Part shown: positions 54,037-64,000 of the stretch, one piece after another
Layout of the letters: each line of letters starts with the position of its first letter
Numbering within the stretch: the stretch's first letter is position 1
Sequence record: MK373784.1
Direction: 5' to 3' (one strand)
Length of the DNA stretch: 64,000 bases
Origin: Escherichia phage vB_EcoM_MM02
Translations under genes and position numbers: made by a program
The notes under the pieces: model-generated
What the model was told of the DNA's origin: nothing
What the model saw: only the letters and a program-made list of their open reading frames with translations
Databases searched by the model: none

Positions 54037-54954
54037 TCAGAATTCATTAATTACACTTGTTAATTTAGAAAGACCAGATTTTACAAAGTATGAATAAATC
54101 TTGCCTTTAGGTTGTTGTTTATATGAGTTATAATACTCTATAATGGTTGAAGCAATATTATCAGGGATATAATCAAAATCAATGAGAACCAAATTTTCTT
54201 GATACCGTTTATATTCTTCAGCACTTAATAATACTTCAGCTTGAGAACGGTCGTTAGCAATTGCTTCAATAATTGATGTTTTCATGCTTGGAGTTCGTTC
54301 ACCATCAACTCTGGTAAACCAGAAGTCGCCACGAACTCGAACAGATGCAACACCATCCTTACGGTCACCTTTAAGAATTTTAGTCATGCAATCAATTTCA
54401 GCAGAACCGTTCTTAATTTTAACCCATTTTTTCTGTGGTGGCGACCACTGTTTGACATTAGGGTATTTGTGTAATTGTGTAAAGTCACCATCTGATGCAA
54501 CAATACATACTTTATGTCCAGCTAATGACAAATATTTAGTTAATACACCGATATGGTCATCCGCTTCATACTTGTCAATATCCATTACAACGTATGGCAT
54601 GTATTTCTTAATCTCATCAACAACTTGATGGAGTGCAGTAAAATATCCTTCCCAATCCCACTTTGAAGCTTCACGATCGGTTTTACGATTTTTCTTGTAA
54701 TAGTAAGCAAAATCACGTCGCCAATAACCTGAAGTAGCATTATCCATACACAATACAAATTTTGTATAGCCTTGCTTACGGAACATCACTACGTTTTTAC
54801 GAATTGAGTTCAAGATTACATGACGAACCATTGGAACAGTAATTTTATCGCCGTCTTCAAAGTTGTTTAATGCGGCTGCCAATGCAATGTTACTAAAGTC
54901 GGCAAGTGCAATACCTTCTTTGTAATCTTCATCCAACATCATTTCTAAATCCAT
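54037..54954 (-). CDS. rnh: RNase H (5'-3' exonuclease, FEN family)
   Basis: 305 aa, same as T4 RNase H; early promoter at 54987-55016. Confidence 0.9.
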   Translation of the reverse strand: MDLEMMLDEDYKEGIALADFSNIALAAALNNFEDGDKITVPMVRHVILNSIRKNVVMFRKQGYTKFVLCMDNATSGYWRRDFAYYYKKNRKTDREASKWDWEGYFTALHQVVDEIKKYMPYVVMDIDKYEADDHIGVLTKYLSLAGHKVCIVASDGDFTQLHKYPNVKQWSPPQKKWVKIKNGSAEIDCMTKILKGDRKDGVASVRVRGDFWFTRVDGERTPSMKTSIIEAIANDRSQAEVLLSAEEYKRYQENLVLIDFDYIPDNIASTIIEYYNSYKQQPKGKIYSYFVKSGLSKLTSVINEF

Positions 54955-54986
54955 ACGAACCTCTTGTTCAGTTAGTCAACTTGACT

Positions 54987-55016
54987 ATAGTAACACACTC
55001 ATTTGAAAGCGTAAAC
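54987..55016 (-). promoter_or_regulatory. early promoter for rnh
   Basis: minus-strand GTTTACGCTTTCAAATGAGTGTGTTACTAT. Confidence 0.55.
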
Positions 55017-55019
55017 TGG

Positions 55020-55027
55020 TATAAATA
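55020..55027 (+). promoter_or_regulatory. late promoter (TATAAATA) for gene 34
   Basis: Exact TATAAATA 31 nt before gene 34 ATG; abuts the rnh early promoter on the other strand. Confidence 0.7.
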
Positions 55028-55057
55028 AGTATTATTGAAACAATAAAGGAAAAACGA

Positions 55058-58000
55058 ATGGCCGACATCAAACGTAAGTTCAGAGCCGAAGACGGTCTGG
55101 ACGCCGGTGGCGACAAGATTGTTAACGTAGCATTAGCCGACCGTACAGTAGGTACTGATGGCGTAAACGTTGACTTCCTGGTACAAGAAAACACCGTTCA
55201 AGTATATGATTCTACGCGTGGATATAACAAAGGATTTGTTGTTCTTTATGACAACCGTTTATATCAAGCAATAAATGATATCGTGTCTCCTTCCGGGGCA
55301 TTTAACCTTTTACAATGGCGTGCAGTTCGTACTGATGCACAATGGATAACTGTCGCTTCTGGGACTTATCAACTTTCTTCAGGTGAATCTATTTCGGTTA
55401 ACACTGGTGCCGGCAATGATATGGTTTTCACGTTGCCAAATACGCCGGTTGATGGTGATACTGTTGTTTTGGCTGATATTGGTGGAAGAACCGGGACAGT
55501 TAAAGTACAGATTAACGCGTCTGTGCAGAGTATTTTAAACTTTAGAGGTGAACAGGTTCGTACAGTTTTAATGACGCGTCCGCGTTCACAACTATTGTTT
55601 GTGTTTAGTAATCGTTTGTGGCAGATGTATATTATCGATTATGGTAAAGAATCAATCACTGTTACACCTGCGACACCATATCAAGCACAAGCAAATGATT
55701 TTATCGTTCGTCGTTTTACTAGTGCAGCACCAATCAACATTACACTTCCACGTAATGCTAACAACGGTGATATAATCCACCTAGTTGATTTAGATAAATT
55801 AAACCCACTGTATCATACAATTGTTAAAACATTTGATGATACAACGTCTATTGGTGAAGTCGGGACTCATATTGCCGAAGGCAGAAATGACTCTGACGCG
55901 TTTTTTGTTTTTGATGCTGCAAGTAGTTTATGGCGTATATGGGAAGGCGACCAGAAATCGCGTCTTCGTATTATCCGTGCGGATTCAAATATTCGTCCAA
56001 ATGAAGAAGTTCTTATTTTTGGCACAAATAACGCTACGGCTGGAACTATTAATCTTACGCTGCCTACAGGAATTTTGAGTGGTGACACTGTTAAAATTTC
56101 AATGAACTACATGCGTAAAGGCCAAACAGTAAAAATTAAAGCTGCCGAAGGTGATACAATTGCTTCTTCTGTTGCATTGCTTCAGTTCCCTAAACGTTCT
56201 GAATATCCACCTGATGCTCAATGGGTCTCTGTTACTGAACTAGAATTCAATGGCACTACTTCATATGTTCCTGTATTAGAATTAGCGTATATCGAAGACA
56301 CTGTTGCTGGTACAAGTTATTGGGTTGTTCAACAAAACGTCCCAACTGTAGAACGTGTCGATGCTGGAACTGATACAACTAGAGCTCGTGTAGGTGTTAT
56401 TGCTCTTGCTACTCAAGCGCAAGCAAATGTTGATTTAGAGAATACTCCAGCTAAAGAAGTGGCTATTACTCCTGAAACGTTGGCAAATCGTACAGCAACT
56501 GAAGCTCGACGTGGTATCGCTAAAATTGCTACAACAGCACAAGTTAACCAGAATTCCACAGCATCATTTGTGGACGATACTATTGTTACGCCTAAAAAAC
56601 TAAATGAGCGTACAGCAACTGAAACTCGTCGCGGTCTTGCTGAAATTGCTACTCAGGCCGAAACCGATGCTGGTCTTGATGACACAACGATTATTACACC
56701 TAAGAAATTGCAGGCACGTCAGGGCTCTGAAACACTATCTGGTATAGTTAAATATGTATCAACTACTTCTGCTACTCCTGCTGAAACTCGTGGGGCCGCA
56801 GGCACTAACGTTTATAATAAAACCGTAAATAATTTAACTATTTCTCCTAAAGCCCTTGACCAATATAAAGCAACTTATGCTCAACAAGGTGCAGTAATTT
56901 TAGCTGTTGATAGTGAAGTAATTGCTGGACAATCTCAAGCAGGTTATTCTCATGCTGTAGTAACTCCTGAAACACTACATAAGAAAACTTCTACTGATGG
57001 ACGTATTGGTTTAATTGAAATTGCTACGCAAGCAGAAACTAATGCTGGGACTGATTATACACGTGCAGTAACGCCTAAGACGTTAAATGATAGGAAAGCT
57101 ACGGAAGGATTATCCGGCATAGCCGAACTTGCTACGCAAGTCGAATTTGATACTGGAACTGATGATACTCGTATCTCGACTCCACTGAAAATTAAAACTC
57201 ATTTTGATTCTTCTGACCGTACCAGTGTTAATTCTGATTCCGGACTTATTGAAGAAGGAACCTTGTGGAACCATTATACTCTTGATATTTCTAAAGCAAA
57301 TGAAACACAACGTGGTACACTTCGCGTAGCGACCCAGGCAGAATCTAATGCAGGAACTTTAGATGATGTTCTTATTACTCCTAAAAAGCTTTTAGGGACT
57401 AAGTCCACTGAAACGTCTGAAGGCGTAATTAAGGTTGCTACTCAGGCTGAAACTGTAACAGGAACTTCTGCTAATACTGCTGTATCTCCTAAGAATTTAA
57501 AATGGATTGTCCAGAACGAACCAACATGGGCTGCTACTACTGCAATAAGAGGTTTTGTTAAAACTTCATCTGGTTCAATTACATTCGTTGGTAATGATAC
57601 AGTCGGTTCTACCCAAGATTTAGAACTGTATGAGAAAAATAGCTATGCGGTATCACCATATGAATTAAACCGTGTATTAGCAAATTATCTGCCGTTAAAA
57701 GCAAAAGCTGTAGATAGTAATTTATTGGATGGTCTAGATTCATCTCAGTTCATTCGTAGGGATATTGCACAGACGGTTAATGGTTCACTAACCTTAACCC
57801 AACAAACGAATCTGAGTGCCCCTCTTGTATCATCTAGTACTGCTACGTTTGGTGGTTCAGTTTCGGCAAATAGTACATTAACTATTTCTAACTCTGGAAC
57901 AGCTACTCGACTGATTTTTGAAAAAGGACCTCAGACCGGAACAAATCCTGCTCAAACTATGACTATCAGAGTTTGGGGAAATGAATTTGGTGGTGGTTCA

Positions 58001-58933
58001 GATACAACACGTTCTACTGTATTTGAAGTTGGCGATGAAACATCTAATCACTTTTATTCTCAACGTAATAAAGCTGGGAATATAACGTTTAGCATTAATG
58101 GTACTGTGATGCCAATAAATATTAACGCTTCAGGCACGTTAAATGCGAATGGCGTTGCAACATTTGGTCGTTCAGTTACAGCCAATGGTGAATTCATTAG
58201 CAAGTCTGCAAATGCTTTCAGAGCAATTAGTGGTGATTACGGATTCTTTATTCGCAATGATGGCGGCAGCACATATTTTATGCTTACTGCATCTGGTGAT
58301 CAGACCGGTGGATTTAATGGATTACGTCCATTATCAATTAATAATCAATTCGGTCAAGTTACGATTGGTGAAAGCTTAATCATTGCCAAAGGTGCTACTA
58401 TAAATTCAGGCGGTTTAACTGTTAACTCGAGAATTCGTTCTCAGGGTACTAAAGCATCTGATTTATATACCCGTGCGCCAACATCTGATAATGTAGGATT
58501 CTGGTCAATTGATATTAACGATTCAGCCACTTATAACCAGTTCCCAGGTTATTTTAAAATGGTTGAAAAAACTAATGAAGTGACTGGGCTTCCATACTTA
58601 GAACGTGGCGAAGAAGTTAAATCTCCTGGTACACTGACTCAGTTTGGTAACACACTTGATTCACTTTACCAAGATTGGATTACTTATCCAACAACCCCAG
58701 AAGCACGTACAACCCGTTGGACTCGTACATGGCAGAAAACTAAAAATTCTTGGTCAAGTTTTGTTCAAGTATTTGATGGGGGTAACCCTCCTCAGCCATC
58801 TGATATTGGTGCTTTACCTTCTGATAATGCAACAATCGGAAACTTGACAATAAGGGATTTCTTAAGGATTGGTAATGTCCGCATTATTCCAGACCCTGTG
58901 AATAAATCTGTTAAATTCGAGTGGATTGAATAA
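55058..58933 (+). CDS. 34: long tail fibre proximal subunit gp34
   Basis: 1291 aa (T4 1289); late promoter 55020-55027. Confidence 0.92.
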   Translation: MADIKRKFRAEDGLDAGGDKIVNVALADRTVGTDGVNVDFLVQENTVQVYDSTRGYNKGFVVLYDNRLYQAINDIVSPSGAFNLLQWRAVRTDAQWITVASGTYQLSSGESISVNTGAGNDMVFTLPNTPVDGDTVVLADIGGRTGTVKVQINASVQSILNFRGEQVRTVLMTRPRSQLLFVFSNRLWQMYIIDYGKESITVTPATPYQAQANDFIVRRFTSAAPINITLPRNANNGDIIHLVDLDKLNPLYHTIVKTFDDTTSIGEVGTHIAEGRNDSDAFFVFDAASSLWRIWEGDQKSRLRIIRADSNIRPNEEVLIFGTNNATAGTINLTLPTGILSGDTVKISMNYMRKGQTVKIKAAEGDTIASSVALLQFPKRSEYPPDAQWVSVTELEFNGTTSYVPVLELAYIEDTVAGTSYWVVQQNVPTVERVDAGTDTTRARVGVIALATQAQANVDLENTPAKEVAITPETLANRTATEARRGIAKIATTAQVNQNSTASFVDDTIVTPKKLNERTATETRRGLAEIATQAETDAGLDDTTIITPKKLQARQGSETLSGIVKYVSTTSATPAETRGAAGTNVYNKTVNNLTISPKALDQYKATYAQQGAVILAVDSEVIAGQSQAGYSHAVVTPETLHKKTSTDGRIGLIEIATQAETNAGTDYTRAVTPKTLNDRKATEGLSGIAELATQVEFDTGTDDTRISTPLKIKTHFDSSDRTSVNSDSGLIEEGTLWNHYTLDISKANETQRGTLRVATQAESNAGTLDDVLITPKKLLGTKSTETSEGVIKVATQAETVTGTSANTAVSPKNLKWIVQNEPTWAATTAIRGFVKTSSGSITFVGNDTVGSTQDLELYEKNSYAVSPYELNRVLANYLPLKAKAVDSNLLDGLDSSQFIRRDIAQTVNGSLTLTQQTNLSAPLVSSSTATFGGSVSANSTLTISNSGTATRLIFEKGPQTGTNPAQTMTIRVWGNEFGGGSDTTRSTVFEVGDETSNHFYSQRNKAGNITFSINGTVMPININASGTLNANGVATFGRSVTANGEFISKSANAFRAISGDYGFFIRNDGGSTYFMLTASGDQTGGFNGLRPLSINNQFGQVTIGESLIIAKGATINSGGLTVNSRIRSQGTKASDLYTRAPTSDNVGFWSIDINDSATYNQFPGYFKMVEKTNEVTGLPYLERGEEVKSPGTLTQFGNTLDSLYQDWITYPTTPEARTTRWTRTWQKTKNSWSSFVQVFDGGNPPQPSDIGALPSDNATIGNLTIRDFLRIGNVRIIPDPVNKSVKFEWIE

Positions 58934-58941
58934 GAGGTATT

Positions 58942-60069
58942 ATGGAAAAATTTATGGCTAAGTTTGGACAAGGATACGTCCAAACGCCATTTTTATCGGA
59001 AAGCAATTCAGTACGATTTAAATTAAGCATAGCGGGCTCTTGCCCGCTATCAACATCTCCTGCTTATATTAAGTTCCAGGATAATCCACTTGGGTCCCAG
59101 GTTTTTTCCGTTGGATTAAACGTTCGTGTAATAAATCCTACAACGGGTGCAGTAGTTGAATCTAAGACATATAATTTCTCTACTGAAAACGACGCCACGT
59201 CAAGTGCATTTGTTACTTTCATGGACACATATGCTTCAAATTTTATATTTGCTCTTGTTACTAACGCTAAAACAAACTTTCCGCCAGAAGTTCTTGCATG
59301 GTTTAATAAAGCCGGAAGTTCTGCTATTCCATTAGCTCAACAAGTTTTAAATATAGTGGACATTTCTTATTCGGCATTTTATATTTCTGGTAAGAATGCT
59401 ATAGCACTAGAACATATTAAGTATAGTAATAAGAAAACTTCAACCGACTATAGTACACCACTTGATGTTGTGTACGACACGATCGATGATATTGGTGCTA
59501 CCGGCTTCCCTAGTCGTACGTACGAATCGACAGACACATTTTTATCTGCTGTTGGAGGTACTAATAATGAAATTAAAAGGATGCCTACAACATCCATTAT
59601 TACACCTCTCGCTGGGTATAAATTGAAGCCTGGAGATTTCCTTTATATGAAATTCCAACTAATTGCCGATGCTGATTTGTTAGCACAAGGGACGACACGA
59701 CTTTCTATTCGTTTCTTTAAATCTCCTTCTACTTCACCTATTTCATTTAAGGATATAAACTTTGATGGGGCTGCAGGTGAATGGAAGATATATGAAGACT
59801 ACATAGAAATTCCTGCTGGTGCTGACGGGTTCACGATTTATTGTTATCGTACAGCTCCAGTCGGGCAAGGTGGATTAAGAAACGTTATATTTACTGAAGT
59901 ATCATGTAATGGAAGCGTTTCAAAACCTGCCGAGTTTGGTATAAATGGTATTCGTGTAAATTATGTTTCAGAATCTTTAAGTGCTCCAGACATAATGACA
60001 TTACCTACTCAATCTTCAACTGATACTGGTAAGGTATTTGGACAAGAATTTAAAGAAGCATCAGAATAA
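58942..60069 (+). CDS. 35: long tail fibre hinge connector gp35
   Basis: 375 aa (T4 372). Confidence 0.88.
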   Translation: MEKFMAKFGQGYVQTPFLSESNSVRFKLSIAGSCPLSTSPAYIKFQDNPLGSQVFSVGLNVRVINPTTGAVVESKTYNFSTENDATSSAFVTFMDTYASNFIFALVTNAKTNFPPEVLAWFNKAGSSAIPLAQQVLNIVDISYSAFYISGKNAIALEHIKYSNKKTSTDYSTPLDVVYDTIDDIGATGFPSRTYESTDTFLSAVGGTNNEIKRMPTTSIITPLAGYKLKPGDFLYMKFQLIADADLLAQGTTRLSIRFFKSPSTSPISFKDINFDGAAGEWKIYEDYIEIPAGADGFTIYCYRTAPVGQGGLRNVIFTEVSCNGSVSKPAEFGINGIRVNYVSESLSAPDIMTLPTQSSTDTGKVFGQEFKEASE

Positions 60070-60074
60070 ATTTA

Positions 60075-60092
60075 GGGAGACTTCGGTCTCCC
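60075..60092 (+). terminator. intrinsic terminator after gene 35
   Basis: gggagacttcggtctccc followed by atttttg. Confidence 0.7.
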
Positions 60093-60099
60093 ATTTTTG

Positions 60100-60107
60100 T
60101 ATAAATA
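60100..60107 (+). promoter_or_regulatory. late promoter (TATAAATA) for gene 36
   Basis: Exact TATAAATA 26 nt before the gp36 ATG at 60133. Confidence 0.65.
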
Positions 60108-60132
60108 TGGGTATACATATAAGGAGACAACT

Positions 60133-60798
60133 ATGGCCGATTTAAAAGCTGGTAGTACAACTGGCGGTGCCGTTATATGGCATCAAGGTAATTTCCCTTT
60201 AATGCCAGCAGGTGATGACGTCCTGTATAAAACGTTTAAACTCTATTCAGAATATAATAAACCACAGGCAGCTGATAACGATTTCGTTTCTAAAGCAAAT
60301 GGTGGTACTTACGCTTCAAAGGTAACATTTAACAGTGGCGTGCAAATACCATATGCTATAAACAATACAAACCAAAGCGGTATTTTTCCTGGTAACGGTG
60401 ATGCAGCTACTTTTGTTACAGCAAATATTGATATTGTTTCATGGTACGGTATTGGTTTTAAATCATCACAAGGAACAGCTGGTAGAACTGTAGTAATCAA
60501 TACACGTAATGGTGATATTAATACAAAAGGCGTTGTGTCGGCAGCTGGTCAAGTAAGAAGCGATGCGACTTCTCCTATAGCAGCGAATGATCTCACAAGA
60601 AAAGATTATGTTGATGGACGAATAAATATTGTTACGGATAACGCAAATTCCCGTGTATTGCGTAAAGGCGATACCATGACTGGTACTTTAACAGCACCAA
60701 ACTTTTTCTCACAGAATCCGGCGTCTGAGGCTAATCATGTTCCTCGTTTCGACCAGATTGTAATTAAAGATTCTGTTCAAGATTTCGGCTATTATTAA
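60133..60798 (+). CDS. 36: long tail fibre distal connector gp36
   Basis: 221 aa from ATG at 60133 ([12 protein letters not shown]...), preceded by AAGGAGA ribosome-binding site and late promoter at 60100-60107; the track start at 60097 precedes the promoter. Confidence 0.85.
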   Translation: MADLKAGSTTGGAVIWHQGNFPLMPAGDDVLYKTFKLYSEYNKPQAADNDFVSKANGGTYASKVTFNSGVQIPYAINNTNQSGIFPGNGDAATFVTANIDIVSWYGIGFKSSQGTAGRTVVINTRNGDINTKGVVSAAGQVRSDATSPIAANDLTRKDYVDGRINIVTDNANSRVLRKGDTMTGTLTAPNFFSQNPASEANHVPRFDQIVIKDSVQDFGYY

Positions 60799-60806
60799 GA
60801 GGACTT

Positions 60807-63800
60807 ATGGCTACATTAAAACAGATACAATTTAAAAGAAGCAAAGTGGCAGGAGTTAATCCTACTGCAGCACAATTAGCCGAAGGCGAATTAGCGATAA
60901 ACTTAAAAGACCGAACTCTTTTTACTAAAGATGACCTCGGTAATATTATTAGCCTAGGCTTTGCTAAGGGTGGGGATATTAACGGTAATGTAACTCAAAC
61001 TGGTGATTATTTACAAAACGGCACGTATAATCTCAATGGAAATCAGTTTGTTTATGCAGGAAAATACATTGAATTTTTACCTAAAACCACTGGAAATGGC
61101 GCTTGGGCTAACCAACATTCGAATAAAGCCCCTATCTTTACAGATTTAAGTTCAACTACTTCTGTTTCAGAATACCATCCACTGATTAAACAACGCTATA
61201 AAGATGGAACTTTTTCTGCTGGTACATTAGTAAACGAAGGTAGTTTTAAATTCCATTATATTGATGAAACCGGGACTTCAAAATACTGGACTTTTAATCG
61301 AAACGGTAATTTTCAAGTTGATTCCGGAAGTTTATTAGTATCTAATGGATATTTAGTTACTCAAAGTAATATTGAAACTAAAGCTGGTTCTTTAATTGGT
61401 CCTAAAGTTATTACCAAAAATATCAATGTGAGCACTAAATCTTGGGACACTAATATTGATACTGCATATGATTTAGTTTCATTACCGACTTGGCACTATA
61501 CTCCAACCGAAACAGATTTGGATACTAATGGTATAAACTACCTTCGTAAATTCCGCGGACATGTTTCTTCTGCTATTTTCCATGAAGTTGCTGATGCTCG
61601 TTCAGGTAAACCACAGAATATTTCGTATTGGACGGGACGTAATGCCGAAGTTTATCAATGGTCTTATACCACAGATGGGCGTATGTCTGTTGCTAATTCG
61701 ATAGGTATAGGTCTTGCTGATGTTGGTGACCAAGGACGTTATCCATTGGTTTCGTTTGGTAAAGGTATTGCAATTGGTGACAATGATACTGGTATTAAAT
61801 GGGTTCGTGACGGCGTTATTGATTTGATTGCTAACGGGGTTTCGACCGGTACAATAAACAGTACTGGTGTTAATAGTACAAAGAAATTAACAGTTGGGTA
61901 TAGCCGTGATTCTGGATCTACTTGGGATTATCCGAATACCAACCAGGCAATGTTCAGCGCTAGAACAGAAGTTGATGGTAATAATAACGGTGATGGTCAA
62001 ACTCACATTGGTTATAGTTCTAATGCTAAGATGTATCATTATTTCCGTGGCGCTGGCCGCATGGCCATCAGCATGGGTGAAGGTCTTATTGTCGAACCAG
62101 GAATTCTTGATATTAAAACCGGTTCAAATTCGTTAAATTTGCGTGCTGATGGTACCATCGCTTCTGTTCAAACGTTAAAACTTAATAATGGATTATATTT
62201 TAATGGTGATGGAACTAATGCTTCTCTAATTTTTAAAGCAGCTTCAGGTATTGATGGTACTAAGCAAATTTTGTGGGAAGGCGGTACTCGTGCAGGTCAG
62301 AACAAAAGTTATGTGACCGTGAAAGCATGGGGTAACTCATTTAATGCTACTGGTGATAAAGCTCGAGAAACCGTATTTGAGGTTTCTGATGGCCAAGGTT
62401 ATTATTTCTATTCTCAACGCGTAGCTCCGACCGGTTCTGAAACTACAGGCCCTGTTGTAACTCAGTTCAATGGACAGGTTAATGCTAGAGGAAGCTTAAT
62501 AACCGACGGAAGTCTTAGAGTTAACGGATTAAGCACTCTAGTTGGCAACGTTACAATGAATAATGGATTGTTTGTTCAAGGTGGTGCCTCAATTACCGGA
62601 CAGGTTAAAATTGGCGGGACTGCTGATGCTTTCCGTATTTACGATGCTGAATATGGTGCTATTTTCCGTCGTTCTGAAGATAAGTTTTATATTATCCCTA
62701 CACCTAAAGATACAGGTGAATCTGGCGGTATTTCCAACCTTCGACCATTTACCATGACATTAAGCACTGGTAAAATGGAATTTAAACACGATGTTGGTAT
62801 GGGCGATAATGGTTCAGGTGGGAGTATTCTTTTTGTAGATAATACTAATAAAGCTACTACTAATAATGGGCGTATTATTGTTAATATGGCGTCAGATGCT
62901 ATTGTTTTGAACGCCCCTAACCAAGAATCATCTAACTTTATTCAAGGACGTAAAGCCAATGTAACCAAATGGTACCTTGGTATTGGCGATGGCGGCAACG
63001 TCGTTCGTATGCACAACTACACGTATGCGCATGGAATAGCTTTAAACTCTGATTCTGTTGATATCACTAAACCATTGAAAGTTGGTTCTATCCAGTTAGG
63101 TACGGACGGTAACATCACTGGCGGTACTGGTAACTTTGCCAACTTGAACACCACAATAAATAACCTTAAGACGGATATCGTCTCAAGTTATCCAATTGGC
63201 GCTCCGATTCCTTGGCCTACTGATACACCTCCTGAAGGTTATGCCATCATGGAAGGTCAAACATTTGATGTCGACTTGTATCCTAAGTTAGCTGCAGTGT
63301 ATCCTTCCGGCTCTCTGCCTGATATGCGCGGTCAGACGATTAAAGGTAAACCATCCGGACGTGCAGTATTAAGTACAGAAGCAGATGGTGTTAAGTCACA
63401 TAGCCATAGTGCAAGTGCATCAAGCACAGATTTGGGTACTAAGACCACTTCTAGTTTTGATTACGGAAGCAAAACGACTTCAAGCTTTGATTATGGTACT
63501 AAGACCAGTAATACCACTGGCAACCATAACCATACAGTGAGTGGTAATACTAGTTCCGCTGGTGCGCACCAACACGCGCGTTCAGGTCCTCAGATACAAG
63601 CCGGCATACCCAATAACATATTCTATGACGGATATAATAGTGTAGGTGCAAACGCCAACGCTAAATTCACTGGAACCGTGAACGGTGCTACTGCAGGGTC
63701 GAATATAGCCAAAACTTCTTCAGACGGTGCCCACACCCATAGTTGGTCAGGAACTACTAGCGCTACTGGTAACCATGCTCATACTGTGGGTATTGGTGCT

Positions 63801-63944
63801 CATACCCATTCGGTAGGTATTGGTGCTCATTCTCATACTGTTGCAATTGGTTCCCATGGACATACAATAACTGTAAATGCCACAGGAAATACAGAAAACA
63901 CAGTTAAAAACGTTGCTTTTAACTATATCGTTCGTTTAGCATAA
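60807..63944 (+). CDS. 37: long tail fibre distal subunit gp37 (receptor-binding tip with His-x-His repeats)
   Basis: 1045 aa; C-terminal repeats GNHNHTVSG / GAHTHS / GAHSHT / GSHGHT and ending NYIVRLA as I recall for T4-type gp37. Confidence 0.9.
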   Translation: MATLKQIQFKRSKVAGVNPTAAQLAEGELAINLKDRTLFTKDDLGNIISLGFAKGGDINGNVTQTGDYLQNGTYNLNGNQFVYAGKYIEFLPKTTGNGAWANQHSNKAPIFTDLSSTTSVSEYHPLIKQRYKDGTFSAGTLVNEGSFKFHYIDETGTSKYWTFNRNGNFQVDSGSLLVSNGYLVTQSNIETKAGSLIGPKVITKNINVSTKSWDTNIDTAYDLVSLPTWHYTPTETDLDTNGINYLRKFRGHVSSAIFHEVADARSGKPQNISYWTGRNAEVYQWSYTTDGRMSVANSIGIGLADVGDQGRYPLVSFGKGIAIGDNDTGIKWVRDGVIDLIANGVSTGTINSTGVNSTKKLTVGYSRDSGSTWDYPNTNQAMFSARTEVDGNNNGDGQTHIGYSSNAKMYHYFRGAGRMAISMGEGLIVEPGILDIKTGSNSLNLRADGTIASVQTLKLNNGLYFNGDGTNASLIFKAASGIDGTKQILWEGGTRAGQNKSYVTVKAWGNSFNATGDKARETVFEVSDGQGYYFYSQRVAPTGSETTGPVVTQFNGQVNARGSLITDGSLRVNGLSTLVGNVTMNNGLFVQGGASITGQVKIGGTADAFRIYDAEYGAIFRRSEDKFYIIPTPKDTGESGGISNLRPFTMTLSTGKMEFKHDVGMGDNGSGGSILFVDNTNKATTNNGRIIVNMASDAIVLNAPNQESSNFIQGRKANVTKWYLGIGDGGNVVRMHNYTYAHGIALNSDSVDITKPLKVGSIQLGTDGNITGGTGNFANLNTTINNLKTDIVSSYPIGAPIPWPTDTPPEGYAIMEGQTFDVDLYPKLAAVYPSGSLPDMRGQTIKGKPSGRAVLSTEADGVKSHSHSASASSTDLGTKTTSSFDYGSKTTSSFDYGTKTSNTTGNHNHTVSGNTSSAGAHQHARSGPQIQAGIPNNIFYDGYNSVGANANAKFTGTVNGATAGSNIAKTSSDGAHTHSWSGTTSATGNHAHTVGIGAHTHSVGIGAHSHTVAIGSHGHTITVNATGNTENTVKNVAFNYIVRLA

Positions 63945-63950
63945 GGAGAA

Positions 63951-63964
63951 GGGACTTCGGTCCC
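63951..63964 (+). terminator. intrinsic terminator after gene 37
   Basis: gggacttcggtccc followed by ttttta. Confidence 0.7.
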
Positions 63965-64000
63965 TTTTTATAATATGAAACTCTATCACTATTATTTTGA

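Noticed and set aside
54284-54628. 114-aa plus-strand ORF antisense to rnh
   Set aside because: Inside the RNase H gene; no signals.

Overview
This window is a near-contiguous stretch of a T4-like myovirus genome (Tevenvirinae-type gene order), with essentially every gene having a recognisable T4 counterpart or position. Plus-strand late/structural blocks: fibritin 3' end, neck 13/14, 15, terminase 16/17, tail sheath 18, tube 19, portal 20, prohead core 67/68, protease 21, scaffold 22, major capsid 23, vertex 24; then uvsW; baseplate hub 51/27/28/29/48/54; and long tail fibre 34-37. Minus-strand blocks: rnlB, hoc, inh; uvsY, 25, 26; then a long early region with alt, DNA ligase 30, a variable cluster of small genes, rIII, 31, cd, pseT, a spanin pair, alc, rnlA, denA, nrdB, nrdA, td, frd, 32, 59, 33, dsbA and rnh. 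Regulatory signals fit this layout: TATAAATA late promoters before late genes, GTTTAC/TAtaAT early promoters before minus-strand early genes, two MotA-box middle promoters, and many GC hairpin terminators with UUCG/GAAA-type loops. I found no tRNA, CRISPR array, intron or homing endonuclease gene. The main items worth a second look are: a class I DAHP synthase (AroG-like) coupled to cd; a perfect 55-bp tandem duplication that frameshifts gene 29; a NADAR (YbiA-like) protein and a HAD/NT5C-like protein with a Trp/Pro-rich tail in the variable region; a small early gene on the opposite strand between genes 23 and 24; a ~295-bp non-coding hairpin-rich region downstream of rIII; and a tandemly duplicated promoter-plus-gene cassette. 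All homology calls are from reading the translations against remembered T4 and E. coli proteins; no database search was run.
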